In this document: positions 50,198-59,889 of the stretch, one piece after another
How the letters are laid out: the number at the start of each line of letters is the position of its first letter
Numbering within the stretch: position 1 is the first letter of the stretch
Assembly: GCA_965368975.1 (NCBI GenBank)
Contig: CBDUPA010000007.1
Span: 32,001-96,000, forward strand
Direction: 5' to 3'
Source of the DNA: an uncultured bacterium
GTDB taxonomy: Bacteria; Acidobacteriota; Thermoanaerobaculia; Multivoradales; JAHZIX01
DNA length: 64,000 nucleotides
Program-made: the position numbers and the translations under genes
Notes under the pieces: model-generated
Seen by the model: the letters and a program-made list of their open reading frames with translations, nothing else
Databases searched by the model: none
What the model was told of the DNA's origin: nothing

Positions 50198-51163
50198 TCA
50201 GGTGGACGGTAGGCGCAGCGTGAAGACGGCGCCACCGTCGGGGTGGTTGGACGCCTCGATTGTACCTCCGTGCAGGTCGACGATCTGGCGTGCCACCGCC
50301 AGGCCGAGGCCGGTGCCTTGCAGTCGACCGGTGTGGAAGGGCTCGAAGAGGGTCTCGATGCCCTGCGCTGGTAACCCGCGGCCGGTGTCGCGCACGGTGT
50401 AGACGAGGTGGTCGTCGTCGACGCTGATCGACGCCTGCACCAGTGGCGCACTGCCGTCGTCAGGGTCGATCGGCACCAGGCCGGCGGCGGAACTCTCCAG
50501 TCTCGCTTCCTTGACCGCCTGGGCACCGTTGCGCAGCAGGTTGACCAGCGCGAGCTGCAGCAAGCCGGCATCCAGCGACCAACTGGCCGGCGACCGCTCG
50601 ACGTCGATGACGAAGAGTGCCGTTCCGGGTAGTGCGGTGTCGACCTGCTCGGCGGCGAGGCGTAGGACGCTTGCGGGGTCGGCGTCTGTGCGCTCGATTT
50701 TCTTGGAACGCACGAAGGCCAGTAGATCTTGGATCAGGCGCTCCAGGCGCAGAGTCTCGCGCACCACGCGGTCGGCCTTCTTGCCCTCGCGGCTGTCCAC
50801 CGGCAACGCCTCGGCAAGCAGCTGGGCGTGGCCCTTTATCGACGCCAGCGGATTGCGGATCTCGTGTGCCAGCACCGCCGCCATCTCGCCTAGTGCGGCC
50901 AGTCGGCGGTCGCGTTCGAGGTGCTCTTCAAGGCGCTCGGCGCGGTGGCTGAGGCGATGGAAGAGGAGTGCACCGAGGATCAGGATCAGGACAGCGGCGG
51001 CGTCGAGGACTTGGCGAACGCCGGCGTGATTGGAGATGAGCGTCGCGATCAGGATGGCCGCCATCGCCAATGGTAAGAGCGTGAGCGCCCAGCGGACCCG
51101 GCGCAGGGGTCCGAGGGCGCTCACCTTGGAGGCATCACCGGCTCTGGTGTCGTTGAGGTTCAT
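50198..51163 (-). CDS. Sensor histidine kinase with two closely spaced TM helices
   Basis: [29 protein letters not shown]. Confidence 0.92.
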   Translation of the reverse strand: MNLNDTRAGDASKVSALGPLRRVRWALTLLPLAMAAILIATLISNHAGVRQVLDAAAVLILILGALLFHRLSHRAERLEEHLERDRRLAALGEMAAVLAHEIRNPLASIKGHAQLLAEALPVDSREGKKADRVVRETLRLERLIQDLLAFVRSKKIERTDADPASVLRLAAEQVDTALPGTALFVIDVERSPASWSLDAGLLQLALVNLLRNGAQAVKEARLESSAAGLVPIDPDDGSAPLVQASISVDDDHLVYTVRDTGRGLPAQGIETLFEPFHTGRLQGTGLGLAVARQIVDLHGGTIEASNHPDGGAVFTLRLPST

Positions 51164-51168
51164 GCCGG

Positions 51169-51204
51169 CGACATTCTACGGTGTCGACATTCTACGGTGT
51201 CGAC
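51169..51204. repeat. 16-bp tandem duplication upstream of the kinase, each unit with TAGAAT on the minus strand
   Basis: CGACATTCTACGGTGT x2 + CGAC. Confidence 0.7.
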
Positions 51205-51216
51205 GTGGAGGGCTGG

Positions 51217-53082
51217 TCAGTTACCTGGTCCTGGTCCTGGGTTGGGCCCTGGCCCTGGATTGGGACCTGGGCCTGGACCTGGATTGGGACCACCGCCCGG
51301 TCCGTTGCCGTCCGGAGGCGGTAGACGCCAGACGTTGGCTGGTAGTTCGTCACCGATACTGGTGTTACGGCGGAGGATGCGCGCCAGACTCTGAGTCTCG
51401 ATCGTCTCGAGGATGTTGGGCGGCAGGTACGCCTGGTACCAGAAGCGGTCGCCGTCACGCAGACGGCGGAACTGGTCGCGCAGTACGCGGTGGAAGGTCT
51501 CGCCGACCATGGCACCTTGGACATGCGGCTCGGCCAAGCCCCCGACCCAGGCGTCGATGTCGTCGACGCTGTCGTAGACCGCCGCCAGGTTGGTCTGGAC
51601 GCTTTGTGACGGGTTGACGTCCGAGAAGTCGCGGGCTCGCGGCAGACCGTAGGCTTCGCGCAGGTCGTTGTAGCTGGCCAGCCCGTGGTCGCGGCCGCGC
51701 TGGATGTTGAGCGCCGCCAGATCGAGACCGCCGGAGCCGGGCGGGCCGAAGAGGAAGTTGCGCACCTCGTCGATCACCAGGCCGTCGACCTCTTGCGCCT
51801 GTTGCACGCAAAGACCGCGCAGCACGGACTCGATGCCTTCATCTTGCAGGTGCTGTGGGTTGAAGAAAGCCTCGACCAGGGACAAGTGCCCGGCCGGGAT
51901 CTCGTTGCCTTCGGCGTCCAGGCGCTGCAACTGGTTGGACAGCATGCTGTGGCCGAAGCGGTAGGCGGCGGTGGCGAACTCGTTGCTGATGCCGGGGTTC
52001 ACGTTGGGGGCGTAGCCGCGGTAGGGTGGCAGGGCGTCCCCGCCGAGCAGCAGGGGCACGAACTCCTTGTAGGTGATGGCCTGGATCTCGGCGGTCACGA
52101 TGGCGCGAGCGCGCTGGTAGATGGTGTTGCCGGTGGCGGTGGGGAAGGCCTCGCGCATCCGGGCAGCCCAGAAGTTGTGCTCGCGAACGAACAGGGTGTG
52201 CATGGCGGTCAGCCCGACCTGTTCGTTGGCGCGGAAGTCGCCGGCCAGGAAGAAGGAGGCGTCGTCGGTCGGGGCGTTGGGCAGGCCATCGGTGTTGAAT
52301 GGCAGCAGGCGACCCTGGCTGAGCTTCAGGCGGCCGGTGCCGTCGAGGGTGCGCAGGGCACGTGCCCGTTCCGGGTCCGAGCCGTAGACGTTGGAGGCGT
52401 CGACGAAGGCGGTGATCTCGTTGACTTGCTGGCGCACGCCGTTGAGCTCGACGTAGAGCGAGCGCTGCAGCGGGATGGTTGCCTCACCGGTGCCAAAGGG
52501 GTCGAACCAGGCATCGCCCAGCGGTACCTCGACCGGGAAGTCCTCAGCCGGATCGACCACCGGCACCAGATCGATGTCGTGGTCGAGGAACTGGCCCCAC
52601 TGCCAGAACATGTCGGTCAGGCGTCGGCGGTTGACGCGTGGTTCGAGCTGCTCGGCGCAGGCGTTGCTGATGGCGCGTGCGCTGGCGCGATCGGCGCCCG
52701 CGGGTTCACCGGTACCATCGGCGTAGTTGGCCGGTGCGCTGCGCCGCAGGGTGATGTCGGTGCTGCCCCAGCGCGGGTGCTCGGCGTTGTTGCCGCGGCC
52801 GTCGATGCTGCGGTACTCGAAGGGGTAGCGGGCTGCCTCGGCGGCGGGGGCCGTCTCACCCGGAGGCGGTGGGGTCTGGGTGCCGTCGCCGCCCTCGGGC
52901 TGGCTTGCTGGGTCTGGCGTCCGCGAGCGATTGGGCTGATTCGGAGTGCGGTCCTGCATCTGCGTTCCGGCCGGTGTGGTCTCCTGAGCGAAGCCGTCCG
53001 GGGCGTAAGCCAGGCTGAGCAGCAGCAGTGCCGCGGCGCAAGCCGTAACCAGTAACAGGTGGGTGAGGAATTTGAAGCGCAT
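51217..53082 (-). CDS. Secreted heme peroxidase (peroxidase-cyclooxygenase superfamily) with a C-terminal PGPGPN repeat tail
   Basis: RSIDGRGNN, WGQFLDHD, AGDFRANE, REHN, YRFGH, NIQRGRDHG, GDRFWY. Signal peptide from ATG 53082 with an AAGGAG RBS. Confidence 0.92.
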   Translation of the reverse strand: MRFKFLTHLLLVTACAAALLLLSLAYAPDGFAQETTPAGTQMQDRTPNQPNRSRTPDPASQPEGGDGTQTPPPPGETAPAAEAARYPFEYRSIDGRGNNAEHPRWGSTDITLRRSAPANYADGTGEPAGADRASARAISNACAEQLEPRVNRRRLTDMFWQWGQFLDHDIDLVPVVDPAEDFPVEVPLGDAWFDPFGTGEATIPLQRSLYVELNGVRQQVNEITAFVDASNVYGSDPERARALRTLDGTGRLKLSQGRLLPFNTDGLPNAPTDDASFFLAGDFRANEQVGLTAMHTLFVREHNFWAARMREAFPTATGNTIYQRARAIVTAEIQAITYKEFVPLLLGGDALPPYRGYAPNVNPGISNEFATAAYRFGHSMLSNQLQRLDAEGNEIPAGHLSLVEAFFNPQHLQDEGIESVLRGLCVQQAQEVDGLVIDEVRNFLFGPPGSGGLDLAALNIQRGRDHGLASYNDLREAYGLPRARDFSDVNPSQSVQTNLAAVYDSVDDIDAWVGGLAEPHVQGAMVGETFHRVLRDQFRRLRDGDRFWYQAYLPPNILETIETQSLARILRRNTSIGDELPANVWRLPPPDGNGPGGGPNPGPGPGPNPGPGPNPGPGPGN

Positions 53083-53144
53083 GTCGGATCTCCTTTCCGT
53101 CATCGATTTCAACGCGCTGGATGCGCGGTACGAGGAGGGTCTAG

Positions 53145-53160
53145 AGCAACCGCTGTGCCA
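53145..53160 (-). promoter_or_regulatory. Sigma54 -24/-12 promoter of the peroxidase gene
   Basis: Minus strand TGGCAC-AGCGG-TTGCT, a consensus match. Confidence 0.85.
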
Positions 53161-53177
53161 GCTCTCTTGTTCTGCTG

Positions 53178-53190
53178 TAAGTCATTTATT
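53178..53190 (-). promoter_or_regulatory. IHF-like site
   Basis: AATAAATGACTTA, one mismatch to WATCAANNNNTTR, lying between the sigma54 promoter and the palindromes. Confidence 0.55.
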
Positions 53191-53258
53191 CGAAGATATT
53201 TAGATTTTCTCTCGTGGTGCAAGGGTTGGGCGTGGTCGAGTGCGGTCTGCGGCCCGAG

Positions 53259-53295
53259 TGCGGAATCCGCAGTCTGGACAGTGCAGGATTCGCAC
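53259..53295. promoter_or_regulatory. Tandem palindromic upstream activator sites
   Basis: TGCGGAATCCGCA (53259-53271) and GTGCAGGATTCGCAC (53281-53295), about 100-135 bp upstream of the sigma54 promoter. Confidence 0.6.
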
Positions 53296-53425
53296 TTCTG
53301 TTCTTGGCTGAGTAACAGGGTGAGCAACTCTGATCACGCTTCATCGTATAGGTGTCCAGAGTCTCCTCTTGTCTCGGAAATCGCCGTCGATGCTGGACGG
53401 CTCGTCAAGGAGTGGAAGCGAACCC

Positions 53426-54502
53426 ATGGACCAGCCCAGGGCGCCCGCAGGGCTCTCTCTCATCGACTGCGACGTCCACAACTACCCCAGCACGGTCGAC
53501 GAGCTGCTGCCATTCCTGCCGGCACGCTGGCGGGCCTACGTCGAGCAGAGCGGTTTTACCGAGCCGTGGATCTCGTCGTACCCCAAGATGTTCAAGGCGG
53601 CCGCCCGCCGCGACGCCTGGCCGCCGAGTGGCAAGAATCCCGAGGGCGACGAGCCGTACGCCCGCCAGCGCCTGCTCGACGAGTGGTCGGTCGACTACGG
53701 CGTGCTCAATCCGCTGTACGTGGTCGGCAACGTACACAATCTCGATTTCGCCAGCGCCCTGATGCGTGCGGTCAACGACTGGACCGTCGCCGAGTGGCTC
53801 GACGCCGATCCGCGCTGGCGCGCGTCGATCCTGGTCAACGAGCAGGATCCCGCCGCTTCCGCCGAGGAGATTCGCCGCTGCGCCCGCGATCCACGCTTTG
53901 TCCAGGTGCTGCTGCTCGTGCGCTCGCACGCCCCCTTCGGTCGCCGTCAATTCCACCCTCTCTTCGCCGCTGCCCGCGACGCCGGCTTGCCGATCGGCAT
54001 CCACTTCGGCGGTAGCGGTGCTCCGATCACGGCTTGCGGCTGGCCGTCCTACTACCTGGAAGACCACACGGGCATGGCGCAAGCGTTCCAGACACAGGTC
54101 ATCAGTCTGGTGTGCGAGGGGGTCTTCGAGCACTTCCCGGGTACCCAGGTGGCGCTGGTCGAAGGTGGTTTCGCCTGGCTGCCGTCGCTGATGTGGCGGC
54201 TGGACAAGAATTACAAGGGGCTGCGCGCCGAGGTTCCGTGGCTGAAGAAGCTGCCCAGCGAGTACATCCTCGATGGCTTCCGCGCCACCACGCAGCCGAT
54301 GGAAGAACCGCCGAACCCCAAGCACCTCTTGGATCTGTTCGACATGATCGGTCGCGACGACTTCCTGATGTTCGCCACCGACTACCCTCATTGGGATTTC
54401 GACTCTCCTCGCGATGCTCTGCCGCCGATCCTCGATGGTGAGCTGAAGCGTCGCATTCTGGTCGACAACGCCTGGAGCTTCTATGACTTCGAGCGTACTT
54501 GA
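53426..54502 (+). CDS. Amidohydrolase-2 fold protein (possible dinuclear oxygenase)
   Basis: IDCDVH, IHFGG, YLEDH, LVEGG, TTQPMEEP, FATDYPHWD. Confidence 0.85.
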   Translation: MDQPRAPAGLSLIDCDVHNYPSTVDELLPFLPARWRAYVEQSGFTEPWISSYPKMFKAAARRDAWPPSGKNPEGDEPYARQRLLDEWSVDYGVLNPLYVVGNVHNLDFASALMRAVNDWTVAEWLDADPRWRASILVNEQDPAASAEEIRRCARDPRFVQVLLLVRSHAPFGRRQFHPLFAAARDAGLPIGIHFGGSGAPITACGWPSYYLEDHTGMAQAFQTQVISLVCEGVFEHFPGTQVALVEGGFAWLPSLMWRLDKNYKGLRAEVPWLKKLPSEYILDGFRATTQPMEEPPNPKHLLDLFDMIGRDDFLMFATDYPHWDFDSPRDALPPILDGELKRRILVDNAWSFYDFERT

Positions 54503-54974
54503 ACCGCCCGTGGAAACGTCGAGACAGCAGCCGGCCCAGCGTGGGCTGGTGGATGTCGGTGCCGTCAGCGACTTCGTGTCGGGGCAGCCGACGCGCGTCG
54601 AGGGAGGCGGCCGTGCCCTGGTGGTGGTGCGCAGGGGCGACGAGTTCTTTGCCCTGCGCGACATCTGTCCCCACCAGCGTGCACGTCTTTCCGCCGGGAC
54701 GGTGAGTGGGACGTCGCTGCCGTGCCGGGTTGGCGAGACGGTACCCTGGGGGCGCGAAGGTGAGATTGTCAGCTGCCCCTGGCACGGCTGGGAGTTCGAC
54801 CTGCGCACCGGCCGCAGCCTGGCCGACCCACACCGCGTCCGCGTGCGCTGCTATCCTGTCCGCGTTTCCGATGGTCGCGTCTGGGTCGACGTGCGAACGC
54901 GTTCCGTTCGGCCTGTGTCTCCAACGTCAGACTTCTGTCCTACCGCTTGTTCCCCTCCTTCTTCTCCGGCATAG
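54483..54974 (+). CDS. Rieske [2Fe-2S] ferredoxin
   Basis: CPHQ...CPWHGWEFD. Overlaps the amidohydrolase stop; start uncertain. Confidence 0.85.
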   Translation: MTSSVLEPPVETSRQQPAQRGLVDVGAVSDFVSGQPTRVEGGGRALVVVRRGDEFFALRDICPHQRARLSAGTVSGTSLPCRVGETVPWGREGEIVSCPWHGWEFDLRTGRSLADPHRVRVRCYPVRVSDGRVWVDVRTRSVRPVSPTSDFCPTACSPPSSPA

Positions 54975-55113
54975 TCTTCAATAGACGTTGTCACAGCATG
55001 CGCTGAAAGGCTCTCTCTGAATCCGTTCCCGGTGTCCGTGTCGAACTGCACTGACGTCCGGGCTCGAATGGATTCTGGGCCTGGCTTCGACCGAGGAAGG
55101 ACGCTCCCTAGAC

Positions 55114-56463
55114 ATGAGAATCGCGATCATTGGCACGGGGATCTCCGGCATGGTGGCGGCGTATCTGCTGCACCGTGAGCATGAGATCACCGTCTTCGAG
55201 GCCAACGACTACATCGGTGGGCACACAGATACCCACGAGATCGATGTCGAGGGGCGGACATACAACGTCGACACCGGGTTCATCGTCTGCAACGACCGCA
55301 CCTACCCGGCCTTTCTGTGCCTGATGGAACATCTCGGTGTCGAGCTACAGGCGACCGAAATGAGCTTCAGTGTGCGCTGTGACCGGACCGGGTTGGAGTA
55401 CAACGGGCACAATCTCGACACCCTCTTCGCGCAGCGTTCCAACCTGCTCAAGCCCGGTTTCTACCGTATGCTGGCGGACATCCTGCGCTTCAATCGCGAC
55501 GCGCAGCGGCGTCTCGAAGACGGCACGCTGCCGGCGACGCTGGGCGAGCTGGCGGCGGAGGGACGTTACGGCGAGCGGCTGTGGCAGCATTACCTGGTGC
55601 CGATGGGCGCGGCGATCTGGTCGTCGAGCTTGGCGCGGATGCGGGAATTTCCGGCACCGTTATTCGTCCGCTTTCTGCGCAACCACGGCCTGCTGCAGAT
55701 CCTCGACCGACCGTGCTGGCGGGTGGTGAAGGGCGGTTCGGCGCGCTACGTGGACAAGCTGACGGCGGAGTTTCGCCACCGCATCCGCCTGAACACACCG
55801 ATCGAGGCAGTGCAGCGTGACCCCCGCACCGTGCGCAACGGCATCACGGTGGTGCCCCGGCAGGGCGACTCAGAGCACTTCGACCGTGTGGTGCTGGCCG
55901 TTCACAGCGACCAGGCACTGGCGCTGCTCGGCGACGGTGCCGACGGGCGGGAACGCGAAGTGCTCGGCGCCTTCGCGTACCAGCCCAACGAGGCCGTGCT
56001 ACACACCGACACGCGGCTATTGCCGCGACGGCGGCGCGCCTGGGCGAGCTGGAACTACCATCTCACCGCAGGTGATGCGGCCGAGGATCGAGCCCGCTCC
56101 GCGACGCTGACCTACAACATGAACATCCTGCAGGGGCTCGACGCGCCGGAGACCTTCTGCGTCACGCTCAACGAGAGGGACGCGATCGATCCATCCAAGG
56201 TGCTCGAGCGTCTGCAGTACGCGCATCCGGTCTACACGCCCGAAGCCGCTGCGGCGCAGCTGCGCCACGACGAGCTCAACGGTCCCAACCATACCTACTT
56301 CTGCGGTGCCTACTGGGCCAACGGCTTCCACGAGGACGGCGTGCAGAGCGCGCTGCGGGTAGGGCGCTGCTTCGGCATCACGCTGGAGCGTGCGCTGCGC
56401 GGACGGCTGGTGACAGTGCAGTCGCTGCTCGACGTGGGGGACGAGTTACGGGGCGTCGCCTGA
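55114..56463 (+). CDS. FAD-dependent oxidoreductase (COG2907, UfaD-like fatty acid desaturase)
   Basis: IAIIGTGISG, GGHT, VDTGFIV, PMGAAIWS, WASWNY, GFHEDG. Confidence 0.88.
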   Translation: MRIAIIGTGISGMVAAYLLHREHEITVFEANDYIGGHTDTHEIDVEGRTYNVDTGFIVCNDRTYPAFLCLMEHLGVELQATEMSFSVRCDRTGLEYNGHNLDTLFAQRSNLLKPGFYRMLADILRFNRDAQRRLEDGTLPATLGELAAEGRYGERLWQHYLVPMGAAIWSSSLARMREFPAPLFVRFLRNHGLLQILDRPCWRVVKGGSARYVDKLTAEFRHRIRLNTPIEAVQRDPRTVRNGITVVPRQGDSEHFDRVVLAVHSDQALALLGDGADGREREVLGAFAYQPNEAVLHTDTRLLPRRRRAWASWNYHLTAGDAAEDRARSATLTYNMNILQGLDAPETFCVTLNERDAIDPSKVLERLQYAHPVYTPEAAAAQLRHDELNGPNHTYFCGAYWANGFHEDGVQSALRVGRCFGITLERALRGRLVTVQSLLDVGDELRGVA

Positions 56464-57359
56464 TGCAAGCCAGTGCCCTCTACGAAGGCTGGGTACGGCA
56501 CCGGCGCGTGGCGCCCAAGGAGCACGCGTTTCGTTACAAGCTGTTCCTGCTCTACCTCGACCTCGATGAGCTGGAGCTGCACGGCGACGCACTCTTCGAT
56601 GGCCATCCTCTGTGGTCGACACGGCCCGGAGCAGGGTTCTGGAAGCTGGCACGCTACAGGCGCTCGGACTATCTGGGTGATCCGGCCGTGCCGCTCAAGC
56701 AGGCGGTTCTCGACTTGGTCGAGGCGCGCAGCGGGGAGCGGCCGGACGGGGCGGTGCGCATGTTGAGTCACGTGCGCAACTTCGGCTACGTCTTCAACCC
56801 GGTGACCTTCTACTACTGCTACGCCGCCGCGAGTGAGGAGGTGCGGGACGCAGGCCACGAACCCCTGCGTGCGATCGTGGCCGAGATTCACAACACGCCC
56901 TGGGGCGAGCGTTACAGCTACGTCCTGCATGCAGATGTGCCCGAGGTCGAAGCTGAGGTCGAGGCCGAAGGAGAGGCCAACGGAGAGCCACGTGAGCCCC
57001 GCACGCTGGGCTTCCTCCACGATAAGGCCTTCCACGTCTCACCCTTCATGGACATGGACCAGGACTACCGCTGGCGCTTCACGCCGCCGGACGAAGCCCT
57101 GGTCGTGCACATCGAGAACATGCGCTTCGGCGCCGCCGAGCGGCACTTCGACGTCACCCTCAGCCTGCGCCGCCTACCGCTCAGCCGTCGCGCCCTGACC
57201 GGCGTCCTGCTGCGCTACCCGCTCATGACCGCCAAGGTGACGGTGGCGATCTACTGGCAGGCGCTACGGCTTGTACTCAAGCGCTTGCCGTTCTACCCCC
57301 ACCCGAGAAAGCGGCCGATCGCCGCCGACAATCTGAAGAAAGAAGGAGCGTCCTCGTGA
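56463..57359 (+). CDS. DUF1365 protein (UfaO-like)
   Basis: HRR, GYVFNPVTFYYC, EIHNTPWGE, KAFHVSPFM, IYWQAL. Confidence 0.9.
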   Translation: MQASALYEGWVRHRRVAPKEHAFRYKLFLLYLDLDELELHGDALFDGHPLWSTRPGAGFWKLARYRRSDYLGDPAVPLKQAVLDLVEARSGERPDGAVRMLSHVRNFGYVFNPVTFYYCYAAASEEVRDAGHEPLRAIVAEIHNTPWGERYSYVLHADVPEVEAEVEAEGEANGEPREPRTLGFLHDKAFHVSPFMDMDQDYRWRFTPPDEALVVHIENMRFGAAERHFDVTLSLRRLPLSRRALTGVLLRYPLMTAKVTVAIYWQALRLVLKRLPFYPHPRKRPIAADNLKKEGASS

Positions 57360-58771
57360 GTCGGAGCCCTTACGGTCCGCGCAAAGAGTCTGCCCTGACG
57401 GAAGACCTGCCCGCCCTGTTGCCGCAATCGCGCCAGCACGAGCAGCTACGTGGCGCCTGGCTCAACCAGTTGGCCCGGCGTCTGCTGGTACCGCGCCTGG
57501 AGAGCATCCGTGATGGCCAGCTGACACTGATCGACAGTGACCAGCGCTGGACCGTTGGTGAGTGCACCCAACCCAGCGACTCGATGGAGGCGGGTTTGGC
57601 GGCGCAAGTCCACGTTCACGATCCGCGGTTCTACGGCGCGGTGGCCTTCGGTGGTGCGGTGGGGGCGGGAGAAGCGTACATCCATGGTTGGTGGAGCGCC
57701 GACGACTTGGTGGCCGTGGTGCGCTTGCTGGCGCGCAACCGCGAAGCGCTGGATGGCATGGAGCGCGGTACCGCTCGCCTGACGCAGCCGCTGCGCAAGC
57801 TCTTCCACTTCCTGCACCGCAACACGCGTGCCGGTAGCCGTCGTAACATCGCCGCGCACTACGACCTGGGAAACGACTTCTACCGCCTGTTCCTGGATCC
57901 GACGCTGATGTACTCGTGCGCGCTGTTCGCAGAGGAGGCGCCCGCCGAGGACCAGCCCGCCGATCCCGATGCGGTGCTCCACCAGGCGTCCCTCGCCAAG
58001 CTCGATCTGATCTGTCGCAAACTGGAGCTGCAGCCGAACGACGAGGTGGTCGAGATCGGTACCGGCTGGGGCGGTTTCGCCGTCCATGCCGCTGAACACT
58101 ACGGCTGCCGTGTCACGACGACCACCATCTCCGCCGAGCAGTACGACTATGCCGTCGAGCGCGTGCGCCGAGCCGGTCTGGAAGAGCGAGTGACGGTGAT
58201 CCGCGAGGACTACCGCGACCTCGTCGAGCGGCTGGGTGTGCGTCGCCAGGAGGGCGGCCGCTTCGACAAGCTGGTGTCGATCGAGATGATCGAGGCGGTC
58301 GGTCACAACTACCTGGACGCGTACTTCGCCACTGTCAGCACGCTGCTGAAGCCGGACGGCATGGCGCTGATCCAGGCGATCACCATGGCCGACGACCAGT
58401 ACGAGCGCTACCGTCACGGCGTCGACTTCATCCAGCGCTACATCTTCCCAGGCAGCCTGCTGCCCTCGGTGGCGTCGATGAGTGCCAGCCTGGCGCGTAC
58501 CAGTGACCTGCGCCTCTTCCACCTGCACGACATCACGCCGCACTACGCGCTCACTCTGCACCACTGGCGCCGCCGCTTCTTCGCCCGTCTCGACGCGGTG
58601 CAGGCGCTGGGCTTTTCCGAGGACTTCTGCCGCATGTGGGACTACTACCTGTGCTATTGCGAGGGCGCCTTCGCCGAGCGCGTGATCGGCGACGTGCAGC
58701 TGCTGCTCACCAAGCCGCGCTGCCGACGCGCCCCGATCGGCACCGACCTGACGTCGCGGGAGCCGAACTGA
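57356..58771 (+). CDS. cfa: Cyclopropane-fatty-acyl-phospholipid synthase family methyltransferase (UfaM-like)
   Basis: [56 protein letters not shown]. Confidence 0.88.
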   Translation: MSRSPYGPRKESALTEDLPALLPQSRQHEQLRGAWLNQLARRLLVPRLESIRDGQLTLIDSDQRWTVGECTQPSDSMEAGLAAQVHVHDPRFYGAVAFGGAVGAGEAYIHGWWSADDLVAVVRLLARNREALDGMERGTARLTQPLRKLFHFLHRNTRAGSRRNIAAHYDLGNDFYRLFLDPTLMYSCALFAEEAPAEDQPADPDAVLHQASLAKLDLICRKLELQPNDEVVEIGTGWGGFAVHAAEHYGCRVTTTTISAEQYDYAVERVRRAGLEERVTVIREDYRDLVERLGVRRQEGGRFDKLVSIEMIEAVGHNYLDAYFATVSTLLKPDGMALIQAITMADDQYERYRHGVDFIQRYIFPGSLLPSVASMSASLARTSDLRLFHLHDITPHYALTLHHWRRRFFARLDAVQALGFSEDFCRMWDYYLCYCEGAFAERVIGDVQLLLTKPRCRRAPIGTDLTSREPN

Positions 58772-59826
58772 TGGTCGCCAGCGGCTTCGTCGCCGGTCTG
58801 ATCGAGCTGATCGAGCGTGGCTGGCTGCCGGACCCGCTGGTGCGTGCCGGCATCCGCGGACTGCTGCGCGGACGGCTGCGCAAGCTGGAGCTGGGCGACG
58901 TCGAAGCCGAGCGGCAGGCACTGGCCGGGATCGTCGATGAGCTGCGCGAGAGTCCGATCGCGGTCGAGACCGACGCCGCCAACGAGCAGCACTACGAGGT
59001 CCCGCCGGCCTTCTTCGAACGTGTGCTCGGACCGCACCTGAAGTACAGCGGGTGCCTGTTCGAATCAGGCGTCGCTGACCTGGGGCAGGCCGAGGCCGCC
59101 ATGCTGCGCTTGACCTGCCAGCGCGCGGGTCTCGAGGACGGGCAACGCATTCTCGAACTCGGCTGTGGCTGGGGTTCCCTGACACTGTGGATGGCCGAGC
59201 ACTATCCCGGCAGCCAGATCACCGCGGTCTCCAACTCGTCAGGGCAGCGCAAGTTCATCGAAGCGCGTGCCGCCAAGCGCGGCCTCGACAACGTGCAGGT
59301 GGTGACGGCCGACGTCAACCACTTCGATCCTCCCAGCACCAGCCGTCCGTTCGATCGCGTGGTCAGCGTCGAGATGTTCGAACACATGCGGAACTACCAG
59401 ACGCTGCTGTCGCGCATCACGGGTTGGTTGAAGCCGGGCGGCAAGCTCTTCGTCCACATCTTCTGCCACCGTGAGCATGCCTACTATTTCGAGACCGAGG
59501 GTGCCAGCAACTGGATGGGTCGCTACTTCTTCACCGGCGGCATCATGCCCTCCGACGATCTCTTGCTCTACTTCCAGCGCGACCTGTCGATCGAACGGCA
59601 CTGGCGGGTCAACGGCCGCCACTACGAGGCGACCTCCAACGCCTGGCTCGCCAACCTCGACGCCCACCGCGGCGAGATCCGGCAGCTGTTCGCGGATGTC
59701 TACGGTGAGGCCGACGCCGACCGCTGGGTCGTCCGCTGGAGGCTCTTCTTCCTGGCTTGTGCGGAACTGTTCGGCTATCGAGAGGGCGAAGAGTGGTGGG
59801 TGAGCCACTATCTCTTTGTCAAGTAG
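58771..59826 (+). CDS. SAM-dependent methyltransferase (COG2230, coclaurine N-methyltransferase-like)
   Basis: [41 protein letters not shown] overlaps the upstream TGA. Confidence 0.88.
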   Translation: MVASGFVAGLIELIERGWLPDPLVRAGIRGLLRGRLRKLELGDVEAERQALAGIVDELRESPIAVETDAANEQHYEVPPAFFERVLGPHLKYSGCLFESGVADLGQAEAAMLRLTCQRAGLEDGQRILELGCGWGSLTLWMAEHYPGSQITAVSNSSGQRKFIEARAAKRGLDNVQVVTADVNHFDPPSTSRPFDRVVSVEMFEHMRNYQTLLSRITGWLKPGGKLFVHIFCHREHAYYFETEGASNWMGRYFFTGGIMPSDDLLLYFQRDLSIERHWRVNGRHYEATSNAWLANLDAHRGEIRQLFADVYGEADADRWVVRWRLFFLACAELFGYREGEEWWVSHYLFVK

Positions 59827-59889
59827 GGTTTCTCGTCAAGTAGGTGTTTCTTTCGCCGAGGATGTGGGCGCTGAGATAAGCTCTGCGGC

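Noticed and set aside
54975-55113. ECF sigma (RpoE/ChrR-type) promoter before the fatty-acid operon
   Set aside because: Only a weak TGAATCC-like match; the spacing and -10 element are not convincing.
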